Position numbers and translations under genes: made by a program. From contig NC_058368.1 of assembly GCF_018350175.1 (NCBI RefSeq), positions 138,820,001 to 138,884,000 on the forward strand: 64,000 nucleotides of DNA. Direction: 5' to 3'. The notes below the pieces were generated by a model. That model worked only from the letters and a program-made list of their open reading frames with translations. It searched no databases and was not told the DNA's origin. This DNA is from Felis catus (Eukaryota). Below are positions 23,222 through 35,209 of this stretch, piece after piece (the first letter of the stretch is position 1; each line of letters opens with the position of its first letter).

Positions 23222-23482
23222 GGGGCGCCTGGGTGGCGCAGTCGGTTGGGCGTCCGACTTCAGCCAGGTCACGATCTCGCGGTCCGTGGGTTCGAGCCCC
23301 CAGCCAGGTCACGATCTCGCGGTCCGTGAGTTCGAGCCCCGCGTCAGGCTCTGGGCTGATGGCTCGGAGCCTGGAGCCTGTTTCCGATTCTGTGTCTCCC
23401 TCTCTCTCTGCCCCTCCCCCGTTCATGCTCTGTCTCTCTCTGTCCCAAAAATAAATAAACGTTGAAAAAAAAAAAAAAATAG
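23222..23482 (+). mobile_element. young felid Can-SINE with internal 40-bp tandem duplication
   Basis: TSD AAGAATAGCATTTATG. Duplicated copies at 23261-23300 and 23301-23340. Confidence 0.97.
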
Positions 23483-24434
23483 AAGAATAGCATTTATGAG
23501 CAGCCTAACTCCAGCTAATTCACTCTCTGAATCCTTAGCTGCCGGACAATTCGAACATCAAACCCTGAAACCACAGGGTGGGTATTTTCCACTGCTCTGG
23601 TGAAATATTCTTTTCAAGTTTCCCTAAAGGTTGTTCTGCCAGCAGACTGCCTTAAGGCTACCTCTGGTAGCCAGCAAGCTTTCAAAAACCACATTCAAAT
23701 GACTGTTGTTGTCCCCACTGCTTTGAGAATTCCAAGATTTTCATCACTCAGTGGATCTAGATAGAGCAACTAAAAATAAGTATGGTTGGGAAAAGAACGG
23801 CTAGACAGGAAATTATAGAGCGTCTCTAGTCCCCCCAAAATGTTGGCTCTTAGACATCGTCATCCACCCTGCACCTCACCAACAACAATAAAACTGAGAG
23901 TCTTACGGAGATAGGAGATTCATCCTTTCATCTATCCACCCGGTTATCCATCAAATTCTCCTGCTTTTGTACTCTTCAGCGTCTTGCCAAACATCCTTTC
24001 CCATCTCTACATTTACAGTCTTAGTAGGAGTCCTGCTAACTTACCACAGTGTCCTTTAAGTAGGTCCACAATAAAGACCTGGGAGAGCCCCTGCCAATGC
24101 ACTGGCTTAATTGCACCAGTGAAAATTCTTGGGTACCACATCAGAACTCCAATTGGATGAAGCAAAAGTCCACGGGTAGACCTTTAGAGGTCAAATGATG
24201 TCATTGACCTGTGGAATCTCAGCTCTCCACTGTGCGGTCTTCATTCTCAGCTTCGCTTAGGGATCCCCAGGATACAGGTCTTTTGTACATAAACCGAGGG
24301 CCAGTCTCAAGGTTTTTCATCAGGAAACCCAAGCCCCCGCTCGCTTTCTGTTCCGTCGCTCCCTCGGCCCCACATGATTCCTCACCTTCTTCAGGCAGAC
24401 AAACAGCTATCAGCAAAATGGACAAGAAGGAGTC

Positions 24435-24540
24435 ATAGCTCAGGGCTTGGGTTGTAATCTCAACTCTGTTACTTCTCTGTTGTGTGTTCTTGAACGATTT
24501 GTTTTGTCTCTCTGGACCTCAATTTCCTCATCTGTAGAAT
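24435..24540 (+). mobile_element. MIR fragment
   Basis: TCTCTGGACCTCAATTTCCTCATCTGTAGAAT. Confidence 0.65.
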
Positions 24541-25287
24541 CTCACGTTCTCTGTGAAGCTTTTCCCCAAGCAAGTGCCCCTCCCCCAACTGAACTAGACA
24601 CTTCCTCCCAAATACTCATAACAGACTGTCCTGCATTCACCCTGACACATCAGACACTGGAGTAGTTAGTAGCTCCTGGAAAGCGGAAATTTCTCCTGTA
24701 GCCCTGGGCCAGCACACAATGGGTATAGAATATTTCGTTCATTGGTAGGATGAGAAGATCTCCATGGCTTCCCCAAATCTTTGAAATCACAGGATTTATC
24801 TGGATTTAGTCCTGCTTCAATCTGGATTTATCCCTAACTGGCTGGACCAACCCCCTCTGTGTCCTTCCCTTCTCTGGAGCAGCTCCCAAAACCCAATCTC
24901 CACCTCTGAGATTTTCCAGACTAACAAACCTCTTCCCATCTTCTCCCCCATTTTAGGTTCCTCTCCATTACTCACTACATGCCATATGATCCCAGGTATT
25001 CCTTCCCTTTGCTTCTGTCCTCTGAAAAGGCCCTAACTGTGACCCAATCTTGCCAGTCTTTCCATTTTCAAGCCTCCAAGCCCGATTACTGCAGAACCAT
25101 CTTGGCTTGCAAGGTGCCAGAAATCAAGGTCTGTGGATCCATCTAGACAGCGCCCCAACCATATAGCTGCCTCACAAATGCTTTTAAAGGTAATGAATGG
25201 TAATGACAAGCAGATTGATTGTATTATAATATTCTGCAGTTTATGTTCTAGATGAGCACGAGGGTAGATTTAAAAAGTCCAATTTGG

Positions 25288-25510
25288 GGGGCGCCTAGGT
25301 GGCGCAGTCGGTTAAGCGGCCGACTTCAGCTCAGGTCACGATCTCGCGGTCCGTGAGTTCGAGCCCCGCGTCGGGCTCTGGGCTGATGGCTCAGAGCCTG
25401 GAGCCTGTTTCTGATTCTGTCTCCCTCTCTCTCTGCCCCTCCCCCGTTCATGCTCTGTCTCTCTCTGTCCCAAAAATAAATAAACGTTGAAAAAATAAAT
25501 AAATAAAAAA
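25288..25510 (+). mobile_element. felid Can-SINE
   Basis: TSD TAAAAAGTCCAATT. Confidence 0.96.
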
Positions 25511-25960
25511 TAAAAAGTCCAATTCAGTGACCACCAACAGAAGGGGGCAACTCACAAATATGGGAGGGGGTTGTCGTTTGAAAGAACATATTCAATATGC
25601 ACGTATTTTATATATTTGGAAAGTGTGAAAGAAAACATTTAAAACACAAACTGTAACTTGGATCCATGGGTACTTGGCATATTAATCTTTTTTATCTTCA
25701 CAAGCCTACTGATAGCTCTACTGAAGTTCTAACAGGTTAAGTTACTTCTTCAGGGTCAAATAGGAAACAACAGAGGTAGGATTTGAATTCAGGGCCACTC
25801 TTTATTTTGCCACACTGTTCCTCAATAAAAGAGGCAAGAAGTGTGGCAGGGCCCAGACCCTACCTGGTTTTGTACTTTGTCATTCTCTGTCCCTGATTGA
25901 TCTAAACGGTAAAGGTCCCTGTAGCATCCTTTGAGATTTCATTAAAATTTTGTGCCACAT

Positions 25961-26168
25961 GGGGCGCCTGGGTGGCTCAGTTGGTGAAACATCCACCTTC
26001 AGCTCAGGTCCTGATCTCATGGTTCGTGAGTTTGAGTCCCACATCGGGCTCTCTGCTGTCCTCGAAGAGCCCACTTCAGATCTGTCCCCCTCTCTCTCTG
26101 CCCGTCCCCCATTTGTGCTCTCTGTCTCTAAAATAAATGAATAAATAAAAACCTTAAAAAAAAAAAAA
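25961..26168 (+). mobile_element. Can-SINE (older)
   Basis: Head, CT tract and A tail. Confidence 0.93.
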
Positions 26169-27116
26169 CCCACGTCTCACATGATGGGGCAAGAATTTTT
26201 ATTAATCGACAAAAATTCCCTAGGCACCAGAATTCTCCTGACACCCAGTCTCACAGAACAAAAACTAATGCCCCATCTCTTTCCTTATGCTGCAATGTGC
26301 CTCGAGTTTCTTCCCAGAAAAATGAAGGGGATGGATGATCTGTCAGCTCAGCTTGTCTCAAAGGCTCTGCTGATCGGCCTGTGAGAAGCCAAACGTTCAG
26401 TGTATACTTCTTTGTACCAGTCGTGTTGCAGACCTATGTTGCTATTTAGTCTTTCCTTACAACTAAGCTACTAGAGAACTAAGCGAAACCTCCAGGGGCT
26501 TGAAATACAACTCCACGTGGCTCCCAGTGGTGATCTGGTAATGGTAATATCATTTGAATCCCCAATCGCATTTTTACAAACACTTTCCGGCCTCGTGTTC
26601 TCACCTTCGTGACCGGCGGCCTGTGTCTCATTTCATATTGCCTTTTGTGTAATGGTTTTTGAAGAGTGGCTTCAATCATCTACTCCTCGATGGTTGGGAT
26701 CGCTTTCAAGAAGAGGCGTTGGGGTGAGATTTCACACTTAGCAAATTTAAACACCACCATGGAGGCATAGAAAGCAGAAACAAAAATAGTTTCCAGGGCA
26801 GATTAGGTCATAAATTTGGGGCAGATACAGAACTGGCCTTAATTAAGACCTTGCTAAGAAAGCCATAAGCAAGGGGGAAATGGCACACTCCTGAGATGTT
26901 GAGGAGTATGCTCTGTCCTGCCTAAAGAAAACCTGAGATTCTACAGATTCTACCAGGTAGCTCCAATTCTAAGTACACAGGGATAACATTTTTGAAACAT
27001 TTCTGAAGGGGTTTTGTACTCAGTAAGTTGTTCCAGTCAATAGTCCTTTCACTTTCCTGCTCTTACGAACGTCCCTACCTACTCCCTAGTTTTTGTCCAT
27101 TAAAACTGAATTTGAC

Positions 27117-27344
27117 GGGGCACCTGGGTGGCGCAGTCGGTTAAGCGTCCGACTTCAGCCAGGTCGCGATCTCGCGGTCCGTGAGTTCGAGCCCCGCGTC
27201 GGGCTCTGGGCTGAAGGCTCAGAGCCTGGAGCCTGTTTCCGATTCTGTGTCTCCCTCTCTCTCTGCCCCTCCCCCGTTCATGCTCTGTCTCTCTCTGTCC
27301 CAAAAAAATAAATAAAAACGTTGAAAAAAAAAATTAAAAAAAAA
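27117..27344 (+). mobile_element. young felid Can-SINE
   Basis: TSD AAAACTGAATTTGA. Confidence 0.97.
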
Positions 27345-27358
27345 AAAACTGAATTTGA

Positions 27359-27449
27359 GGGGTGCTTGGCTGGCTCAGTCAGAAGAGCATGCAACTCTCG
27401 ATCTCGGGGCTGTGAGTTCAAGCCACACCCTGGGTGCAGAGATTACTAA

Positions 27450-27489
<40 letters not shown>

Positions 27490-27504
27490 TAAGCTTTAAG
27501 AAAG
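27359..27504 (+). mobile_element. short Can-SINE (SINEC_c-like) with (ATA)n tail
   Basis: GGGGTGCTTGGCTGGCTCAGTC...GCAGAGATTACTAAA, with TSD AAAACTGAATTTRA. Confidence 0.9.
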
Positions 27505-27594
27505 AAAACTGAATTTAAGGCTGAGGTTTGCAGCCTCATGAGAGGTCAAAACACAGTGCGAATAGAGCAGTCACGTTTCTGAACACCAGTTTTT

Positions 27595-27816
27595 AAGTTT
27601 TTTTGTTTTTTTTTTTTAACGTTTATTTATTTTTGAGACAGAGACAGAGCATGAACGGGGGAGGGGCAGAGAGAGAGCGAGACACAGAATCGGAAGCAGG
27701 CTCCAGGCTCTGAGCCGTCAGCCCAGAGCCCAATGCGGGGCTCGAACTCACGGACCGCGAGATCGTGACCTGAGCCGAAGTCAGATGCTTAACCGACTGA
27801 GCCACCCAGGTGCCCC
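27595..27816 (-). mobile_element. felid Can-SINE
   Basis: TSD TCTGAACACCAGTTTTT. Confidence 0.97.
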
Positions 27817-28892
27817 TCTGAACACCAGTTTTTTAAACTTATAATCGTGACAATAGTCTTGAAAACCAAGAGCCTTCTGATGTACAAAAACAAGGCTTTT
27901 GAACAGATAAAAGTTGTTCGGAGGTTCAAAAGCTTGGTTTTAAATATCAGGTGCTACAGCCCTATATATATAAAGCTTATCCATAAAAAATAGTTGGGGG
28001 GGGGGGGTGGGGAACTTTCTCCCACTGGAAAAAGAGGAGATTAAAAATCTTTCTGGCTGGGAATGGAGTGTGGAGAAATGAGAGAACACTAGTGATGGTC
28101 TGATCTGCCCGCCCCTGCCCCCCACAATCTGCCCCAGGCGCCCTGCCTGTACACCCTCCCTCGCACCTGCCCCAAGGAGTCTTCTGAAATGAACTCGAGA
28201 CAGAGTGTGGAGTTGTGTTGCGGGTGGAGAGCTGGCTGGGAGAAGCCGTGTGGACGTAACTGCAGCATCTAGAAGGGATTGAGGCCGACAGCCCTTAAAA
28301 ACCGTGGGGCCAAAGGACATCTCATACAGTGCCAGCCAGAAACCAGAGGATCTCCCCCAACCCATCCCTCAAGTGCTGCCAGCCCTTCCCATGGGTGAAC
28401 TTAGATGCCAACCCCAGAACTAGGGGAGGGGGCGGAACCTTGCACATGACTGGGCCTAGGCAGAAATGACTGGGTGCTTGCTAACTGGACTGTTTTCCTT
28501 GAATTGGCAAGATTGAATTTTCCGGTCCCAAGGAGGATCGGATATAGGTAGAGGTTAAGTTCAACTGCTTGTGACTTCTTACCCACTATGCAACTATTAA
28601 TGAAGGCTGCAGAAAGTTTAGCCTTCACCAGAGCAAAATAAATCCAGAAAGCTGAGGGTAGGGAGGGGCGGGGTGCACAAATATTACTACCTAATATCTG
28701 GGGTATATTTTTTAACTTCTACCACAGAAAATAATATAAATATAGTATTAGAAACCTTCCTGGTAATTTACACAATGAGTCTATATCACCTTTTAAATTT
28801 TCCTGCTATTCTAAGGTTTTGTTCCAGTAGTTCACTTAAATATCATAATCATCTTTAAAATTTCAAAATAAACGAGGCTAGTCATTTCAACG

Positions 28893-29119
28893 TTTTTTTT
28901 TTTGTTTGTTTGTTTGGGTTTTTTTATTTATTTTTGGGACAGAGAGAGACAGAGCATGAACGGGGGAGGGGCAGAGAGAGGGGAGACACAGAATCGGAAA
29001 CAGGCTCCAGGCTCCAAGCCATCAGCCCAGAGCCTGACGCGGGGCTCGAACTCATGGACTGCGAGATCGTGACCTGGCTGAAGTCGGACGCTTAACCGAC
29101 TGCGCCACCCAGGCGCCCC
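28893..29119 (-). mobile_element. young felid Can-SINE
   Basis: TSD GAGGCTARTCATTTCAA. Confidence 0.97.
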
Positions 29120-29171
29120 AGAGGCTAATCATTTCAAAATGCAAATCGGGTCACGTCAATTCTCCCCAGTG

Positions 29172-29790
29172 TCCACCTCATGAGAGTGGGACCTGATCTG
29201 TTTTTGCCCACCACTGTGTAAGTATCCCCACTTTCCAAGAGTTCAAGTTACACCGCTTTGCTTTTATGAGGGACCGATATTAGGACCAGTTTTTGCTAAG
29301 CAAAAGAAGTCAGAAGAGGATTTTTGCTTTTATGGGGAAAAAAAGGTGAAAATCGAAAATAGTGTTTAGCATTTGTTTTGCAGCGAGCCCTTACAGAGGC
29401 AGCATGCACCGCAAAGAACTATACTCCTTCCCCAAGGAACTATACTCAACATCCTAGCATCAAGCTGCCATAGCTCTGAGCTGTGTCTGTCCACATCTGT
29501 GCTTTATCCCAATTTATTTTGTGCGTCTGTCAGCAAGACATGTCCTAAGGTATCAGGAAAGCCTAAGAGAGGTTATTGGGGTGGGGGGGATGCTGGGCAC
29601 ATTCAGAAAGTTTTCCATATAAATTAACGATAATTGTTTCTTCACTTTATACCACTTTGGCCCATGAAATTTTCATAGGAACATTGTACTTCCTGGTAGC
29701 AGGGGAACCTGTAATCCTGACACTTAGCAGGGAAGGCTGGCTGGCACATAGTAGGCCCTCATCTGTTGCATGAATGCAAAGTGAGTGAAC
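29172..29790 (+). mobile_element. L2 3' end split by the Tigger element
   Basis: CTCATGAGAGTGGGACCTGATCTG...CCACTG on the left, then CTGGCACATAGTAGG...GAATG on the right. Confidence 0.65.
29219..29711. mobile_element. non-autonomous TcMar-Tigger element inserted in an L2 tail
   Basis: Imperfect terminal inverted repeats (TAAGTATCCCC...GGGGAACCTG) with TA on the right side. The two flanks join into an L2 3' end. Confidence 0.8.
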
Positions 29791-30466
29791 TAATGTGATG
29801 AGACAGGTGAATTTCGTTCTCATTCTGGCTTTGAGATTCTTAAGCTACCTGAGTCACATTTCCTTTCCCAGTTGAAAGATGACAAAGAACGCCTTGTCTG
29901 AACTGATGAATCTTTGCAGTAAGGGAGAAATGGTTAATATGTTTCCATTCTATTAATTGCAGATGGAGTATCACGAGCACATGTTTACATACATATTAAT
30001 CAAGCGTATGTAATACAATCCTTGATCCCTGAAATCTAATTAACATGGGCATTGCTTTATCAAAAATGTGTGAGTTTGAATTTAGACTGGGGTAAATGTT
30101 AGGTGGAATGAGGTATAATTCTTTCATACTGCAAAATAAAAATTAATATTTACAGAATTGGCCAGGTAAGGAAAAATGCATATGGAAATAGCATTCTACT
30201 GAACTAAGGTAGGGCACATGAACACACTTTCTTTTTCCCAGATTGGTCTATAGAGGAATGAATTTATATCTATGACAAAACCATTTCCCTGTAAAGAATA
30301 GAAAAAGCATGGATAGGCTCTTGTTTTTGTTTCCTGATCGCTTGTTCATCTCCGCATATTTTGATGCACATGAGAATATTCTTATAGATTGGTAGTTATA
30401 TATAAAACACCTTTTTCTCCAGCAGCTCCCACGGTTTCAGTGATGGTAGGGATTTAAGACTCTTTT

Positions 30467-31083
30467 TTTTTTTTTAATTTACATCCAAATTAGCATATAG
30501 TGCAGCAATGATTTCAGGAGTAGATTCCTTAATGCCCCTTGGCCATTTAGCCCACCCCCCCTCCCTCAATTTGTTCTCCCCCAGTAACCCTCAATTTGTT
30601 CTCCATGTTTATGAGTCTCTTCTGTTTTGTCCCCCTCCCTGTTTTTATATTATTTTTGTTTCCCTTCCCTTATGTTCATCTGTTTTGTCTCTTAAAGTCC
30701 TCATATGAATGAAGTCATACGATGTTTGTCTTTCTCTGACTAATTTCACGTTAAGCATAAACCCTCCAGTTCCATCCACGTAGTTGCAAATGGCAAGATT
30801 TCATTCTTTTTGATTGCCGAGTAATACTCCATTGTATATATACACCACATCTTGTTTATCCATTCATCCATCGATGGACACTTGGGCTCTTTCTATACTT
30901 TGGCTATTGTTGCTAGTGCTGTTATAAACATGGGGGTGCATGTGTCCCTTTGAAACAGCACACCTGTATCCCTTGGATAAATGCCTAGTAGTGCAATTGC
31001 TGGGTCGTAGGGTAGTTCTATTTTTAGTTTTTTGAGGAACCTCCATACTGTTTTCCAGAGTGGCTGCACCAGCTTGCATTCCC
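30467..31083 (-). mobile_element. 5'-truncated carnivore LINE-1 3' end
   Basis: Minus-strand translation [37 protein letters not shown] matches ORF2p. TSD AGGGATTTAAGACTCTTTT at 30448-30466 and 31084-31102. Confidence 0.95.
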
Positions 31084-31663
31084 AGGGATTTAAGACTCTT
31101 TTAATTCTGCACAAAATATGAGCAAAAGTACTGCGAATTCTTGTTCCACCAAAATCTCTCACATAGGAAGTAATAAAGTCTTGATCAGTGTCATCACGTT
31201 CTCCATGACAATCTGGTCTCCCTAAAAATAGATGTTCGGGGGGAAATTCCTCTCAGTGATAGGCAAACAGCAATTATTATTCCCTGTTATTAAAATGCTC
31301 TCAGTTAATTGCACAGATATCAGCAGAGAGATTACCTTAAAAGGCCAGATACCTAAAGAAGGGAGTTAGTCAGAGTGTTGAGCCCTCTGGTCTAATTCAG
31401 AGGACGGTTCACAGAGAGATTTAGTAAATATTTGTGAAGAACCATTAACATTAAGTAAACAATTCAATGCAAGAAAAAATGTATTTAAATAATCGTAAAG
31501 GAACCTCCCCTGATAAATACTGAAAATGAATTATTTCTAAGTGAAAACAGCCCAAACACAGCCACAGAAGAATACTACCAGAGATATCTTCTAAGCATTC
31601 TTTGTTGTGTATATACACAGTTTATCATCCAGCACTGTATTTATAAGAAGCACATGTTCAAAT

Positions 31664-31699
31664 TAAAAAAAAAAAAAAAATCACACACACACACACACA
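31664..31699. repeat. poly-A followed by (CA)9
   Basis: Directly visible in the sequence. Confidence 0.85.
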
Positions 31700-34069
31700 T
31701 AAAAACCCTGATGTTTTCACCCAGGATTCTTTTACAGAGTTCAGTAAGCTCAGTTCTTTCTTAGCATTTTTCCTCTTTTAGTCCCAACAGAAATCAGATT
31801 TCACTGTTTGCCTTACATGCTGATAACACACAAACTCGCCAAGGTTTGGTACCATACTTTGATTGACAAGGTAGAAGAGGAAAGAGCAAGTTAAACGAGG
31901 AAATTCTGAGATGTCGCCTCCAAATGACAGATAAAGCTAGCCAATGAACGTGAAAAGGAAATCTCTTGGAAGGCTTCCTGACTCCATTAAAATCCAACTT
32001 TGATGAAAATACTCTGTTAAGGAGAAAAATAGTGTCTCTCTAGTGAAAACCGTGTAGGACAGCTGCTACGGGGGAAGCAGGTGGTTGAGTCTACCCTGAG
32101 GGCTTCAGAAATATTAATATTTAAACCTCTCGCATTTCACTCAAGTTCAGGGCAGCTTCCTAATGCCTGGAGGAAGACAGAGCAGGAAACTCGCAAACCA
32201 CAAAGCGGGGAATACCTTCTAATTTGGCCGCAGCGGGGTCTGCTGTCTGAATCCCTCTCAGCCTCTCTGTTTGCTGTTAGCTCACAAAGGCCCTGCGTTA
32301 GTTTCAAAGCTGGCTGCTTCCTCTCTGCATTGCAGAGACATAACATGTCATCAGAACACAGGCTTTGCCAGGGCCATGATTTGTTTGTCTAGACTGGTCA
32401 TTGAACTCTGTTTATTACTAAACATCGTGTGGAACGGGCAGCGAATCAAAGGGGTTTCTGGGAACCTGCGAGGCCCGGCTCCCTGACTGAGCACAACCAG
32501 GGCAGCGCATGGACGTTCTTCCTTCTCAGTTTCCACAGTTTGCAGAGGCCTACCTTTCCCAGGACCTGGGGGCTGTGACCACCAGACTAACCTTTCATCT
32601 TTTTTTGACCCAGGACATGACCCCGGGTCACTTGAAACCCTCAGAGCCTCCTCCAGCATTGTTCGAGTAGGCAGCCCTTAAAAGCCCTGTATTCTGGGTT
32701 GCTGCATGGAGAGGTCATGAGGAATGACTAATGATTAACATTTGAAAATGGAACACGAGAGGAAAATGCTACCAATCACAGCAAAATCGTCTGTCAAAGA
32801 GCAGAGGGCCAAGAAAAAAAAAAAGCAAATAAATAATATCCTCTTTTCAAGATGCAAATGTGGCATTTAAAAGAACTCTTCAGGTCTGGTTTTAGAAATA
32901 CACATAATTATCAGATACAGTTTCATTTTTATGGATACTTGTTAGCCTAACTTTCAATGAGTAAATTCTCTAGAAGATTTCATCTAGAAGATAAAATGCA
33001 GACTCATGCCTTTCGTTTGAAAATAATCCACACCTTGATTTTTTTTTTTTCCAAAGAAAAAGTACTACCGTTGGCTATAAAAATAAAACTGCTTCAGACA
33101 AAAGTCAATTCTCCCCTGCAGCATTTCTGAATTGATGATGTTACAGATGCCCTAGGACCTGAGAGACCTACCCAAGCTCCAGGGCCTGAGGCTGAAGGTC
33201 TCTGACTTTCCACATTGTCTAAATGGGGGCAAGTTATCTAATTTGTGTTTCATTTCTGCCTAGAATTAATAGCTCCCTCACAAAGGGATATTAGGCAACA
33301 CAAACTAGCACTTCCGAGGAGGTCTAGCTTCTATACTCTAACAATTCTATGGTCAACCTCAGACTGAGAAACCAAAAGGACCAAAAAACACCAAAAACAT
33401 AGAACTGTAGCCAGGGCCGTCTGGCCCTCACTTTGCGGAGGTCTCAAGGTGGCCAGCAGGAGACCTAGCCCCAGCCAGTCCACTGTGTTCTCTCCGCCTA
33501 CACAGACCCAGACCCGTAAAATCCCAGCAACCACGGGCCTCCACATCCTCTGACAATGTTAGGGAAATTCCAGGGGAAGTAAGGGAGAGAGGACACCAAC
33601 CTAGATGTTCCTGAGGCCCATCCTGATCAAGGCCCTTGCGATGCCTTCCAAAAACCCCACATAACAAAGAAAACCAAAGGGTGCTGCCCCAATGAGCCTG
33701 AGGGGCTGCTGCGAGGCATGATACACAGAGCTGATTAACGGGCCTCCGTCTCTGCTTCGGCCCTTGCAGAAAGCTGCTAGTGAAGTCAGATGCTTAACAT
33801 GATCATCCCTGTCTTGAAACTGTAAAACAGTGTTGTGATTAGAGTAAAATCAATGTATCATTTACGACTAGGAGTAAGATTCCATTTGCCCGGCCAGCTA
33901 GCTAGGGTTATACTCCGGGGGGGATAGGCCAGGGGGGCACACTTTTGTTTTCACTCTTCCCCTCCTTGCCTCAGCCCCAAAAGGTAGGTAGGTGCCTACA
34001 ATGCGGAAATGCTGGTTGAATCGAACTGGATAAATTCAGTGAAACCTGTAAAACTCCAAAATAAAACAA

Positions 34070-34195
34070 GGGGCACCTGGGTGGCTCAATCAGTTGAGCA
34101 TCCAACTCTAGATTTCGGCTCAGGTCATAAACTAATGGTTCGTGAGTTGGAGCCCTGCCTTGGGCTCCAGGCTGGCACTGTGGAGCCTGCTTGGG

Positions 34196-34245
<50 letters not shown>

Positions 34246-34311
34246 CCCCCTCCCCCCTCCTCTCCTCTCTCTCTCTCTTTGCCCCTCCCCAGCTTGCGCT
34301 CACTCTCTCAA
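34070..34311 (+). mobile_element. Can-SINE with long (CT)n and no A tail
   Basis: Head and CT tract present. Ends CTCTCTCAA with no poly-A and no visible TSD. Confidence 0.92.
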
Positions 34312-34995
34312 TTTGGGCATTGATTTCTTCCTTTTTCTTTTTTTAAACTGAGTATTTACACAGAAGGTACTAAGTTATAATTTAACTCTCAAGTTAACCG
34401 TGGGCCTCTTAGTCTTCCAAGTTACACAAACACAAAGGGCTTTAATGATTTTTTTTTTTAACTAAAGAGAGAAAAAACATGCCATAGGATGAAAATCACT
34501 TCTCCCAGTAACCCCAGTACTCTGGCCACTCAAAGATAGGCCTGTGAGTTCTTTTTCCACAGGACCCTTGCCTAAGAGTAGCACGGGAAACTCTCAACAA
34601 TCCATAAAAATTTAAGTTCAATAAACACAGGTAGGTTCACGTTATAAGAGGTTCTGCTCATGCAGTTAAATCATTAGAACACTTAAATAATAGAAGTCCA
34701 CTCCTAAAAAGGGGATTTTTAGACAAGTCAGTTCTCACTTTCAATCAGCCCGAACGTAATGCATAAACATCTTCCTCTACCACGATGAAGAGAAGGAAAA
34801 GAAATTTCATAAAGAACCCTAACAATCTAGTTGGAAGAGACACAAAATAGTTTTTGCCAGGAGCCCTTTGGAAAGCCATTCGTCCTTTAACGACTGTTCA
34901 CATGTGCAGGAGACTAATGAGCACAGGAGATCTATATATAGTTATTCTTTAAATACAGCAGGAGACCTAGCTCCTTTCCAAAGAAACAATCTTTT

Positions 34996-35209
34996 GGGGT
35001 GCCTGGGTGACTCAGTCGGGGTTGGGCGTCCAACTTCAGCTCAGGTCATGATCTCACAGTTCACGGGTTTGAGCCCCGCACTGAGCTCTGTGCTGGCAGC
35101 TCAGAGTCTGTGACTCCTTCTCCCTTTGCCCCTCCCTCGCTCACGCTCTGCCTCTGTCTCTCAAAAAATAAATAAACATCTAAAACATTAAAAAAATCAA
35201 AATAAAAAC
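34996..35209 (+). mobile_element. Can-SINE with internal deletion
   Basis: TSD AAAGAAAYAATCTTT. Confidence 0.93.

Noticed and set aside
27102..27518. Repeat-spacer-repeat pattern resembling a CRISPR array
   Set aside because: This is mammalian DNA. The repeats are TSDs and the spacers are SINEs.
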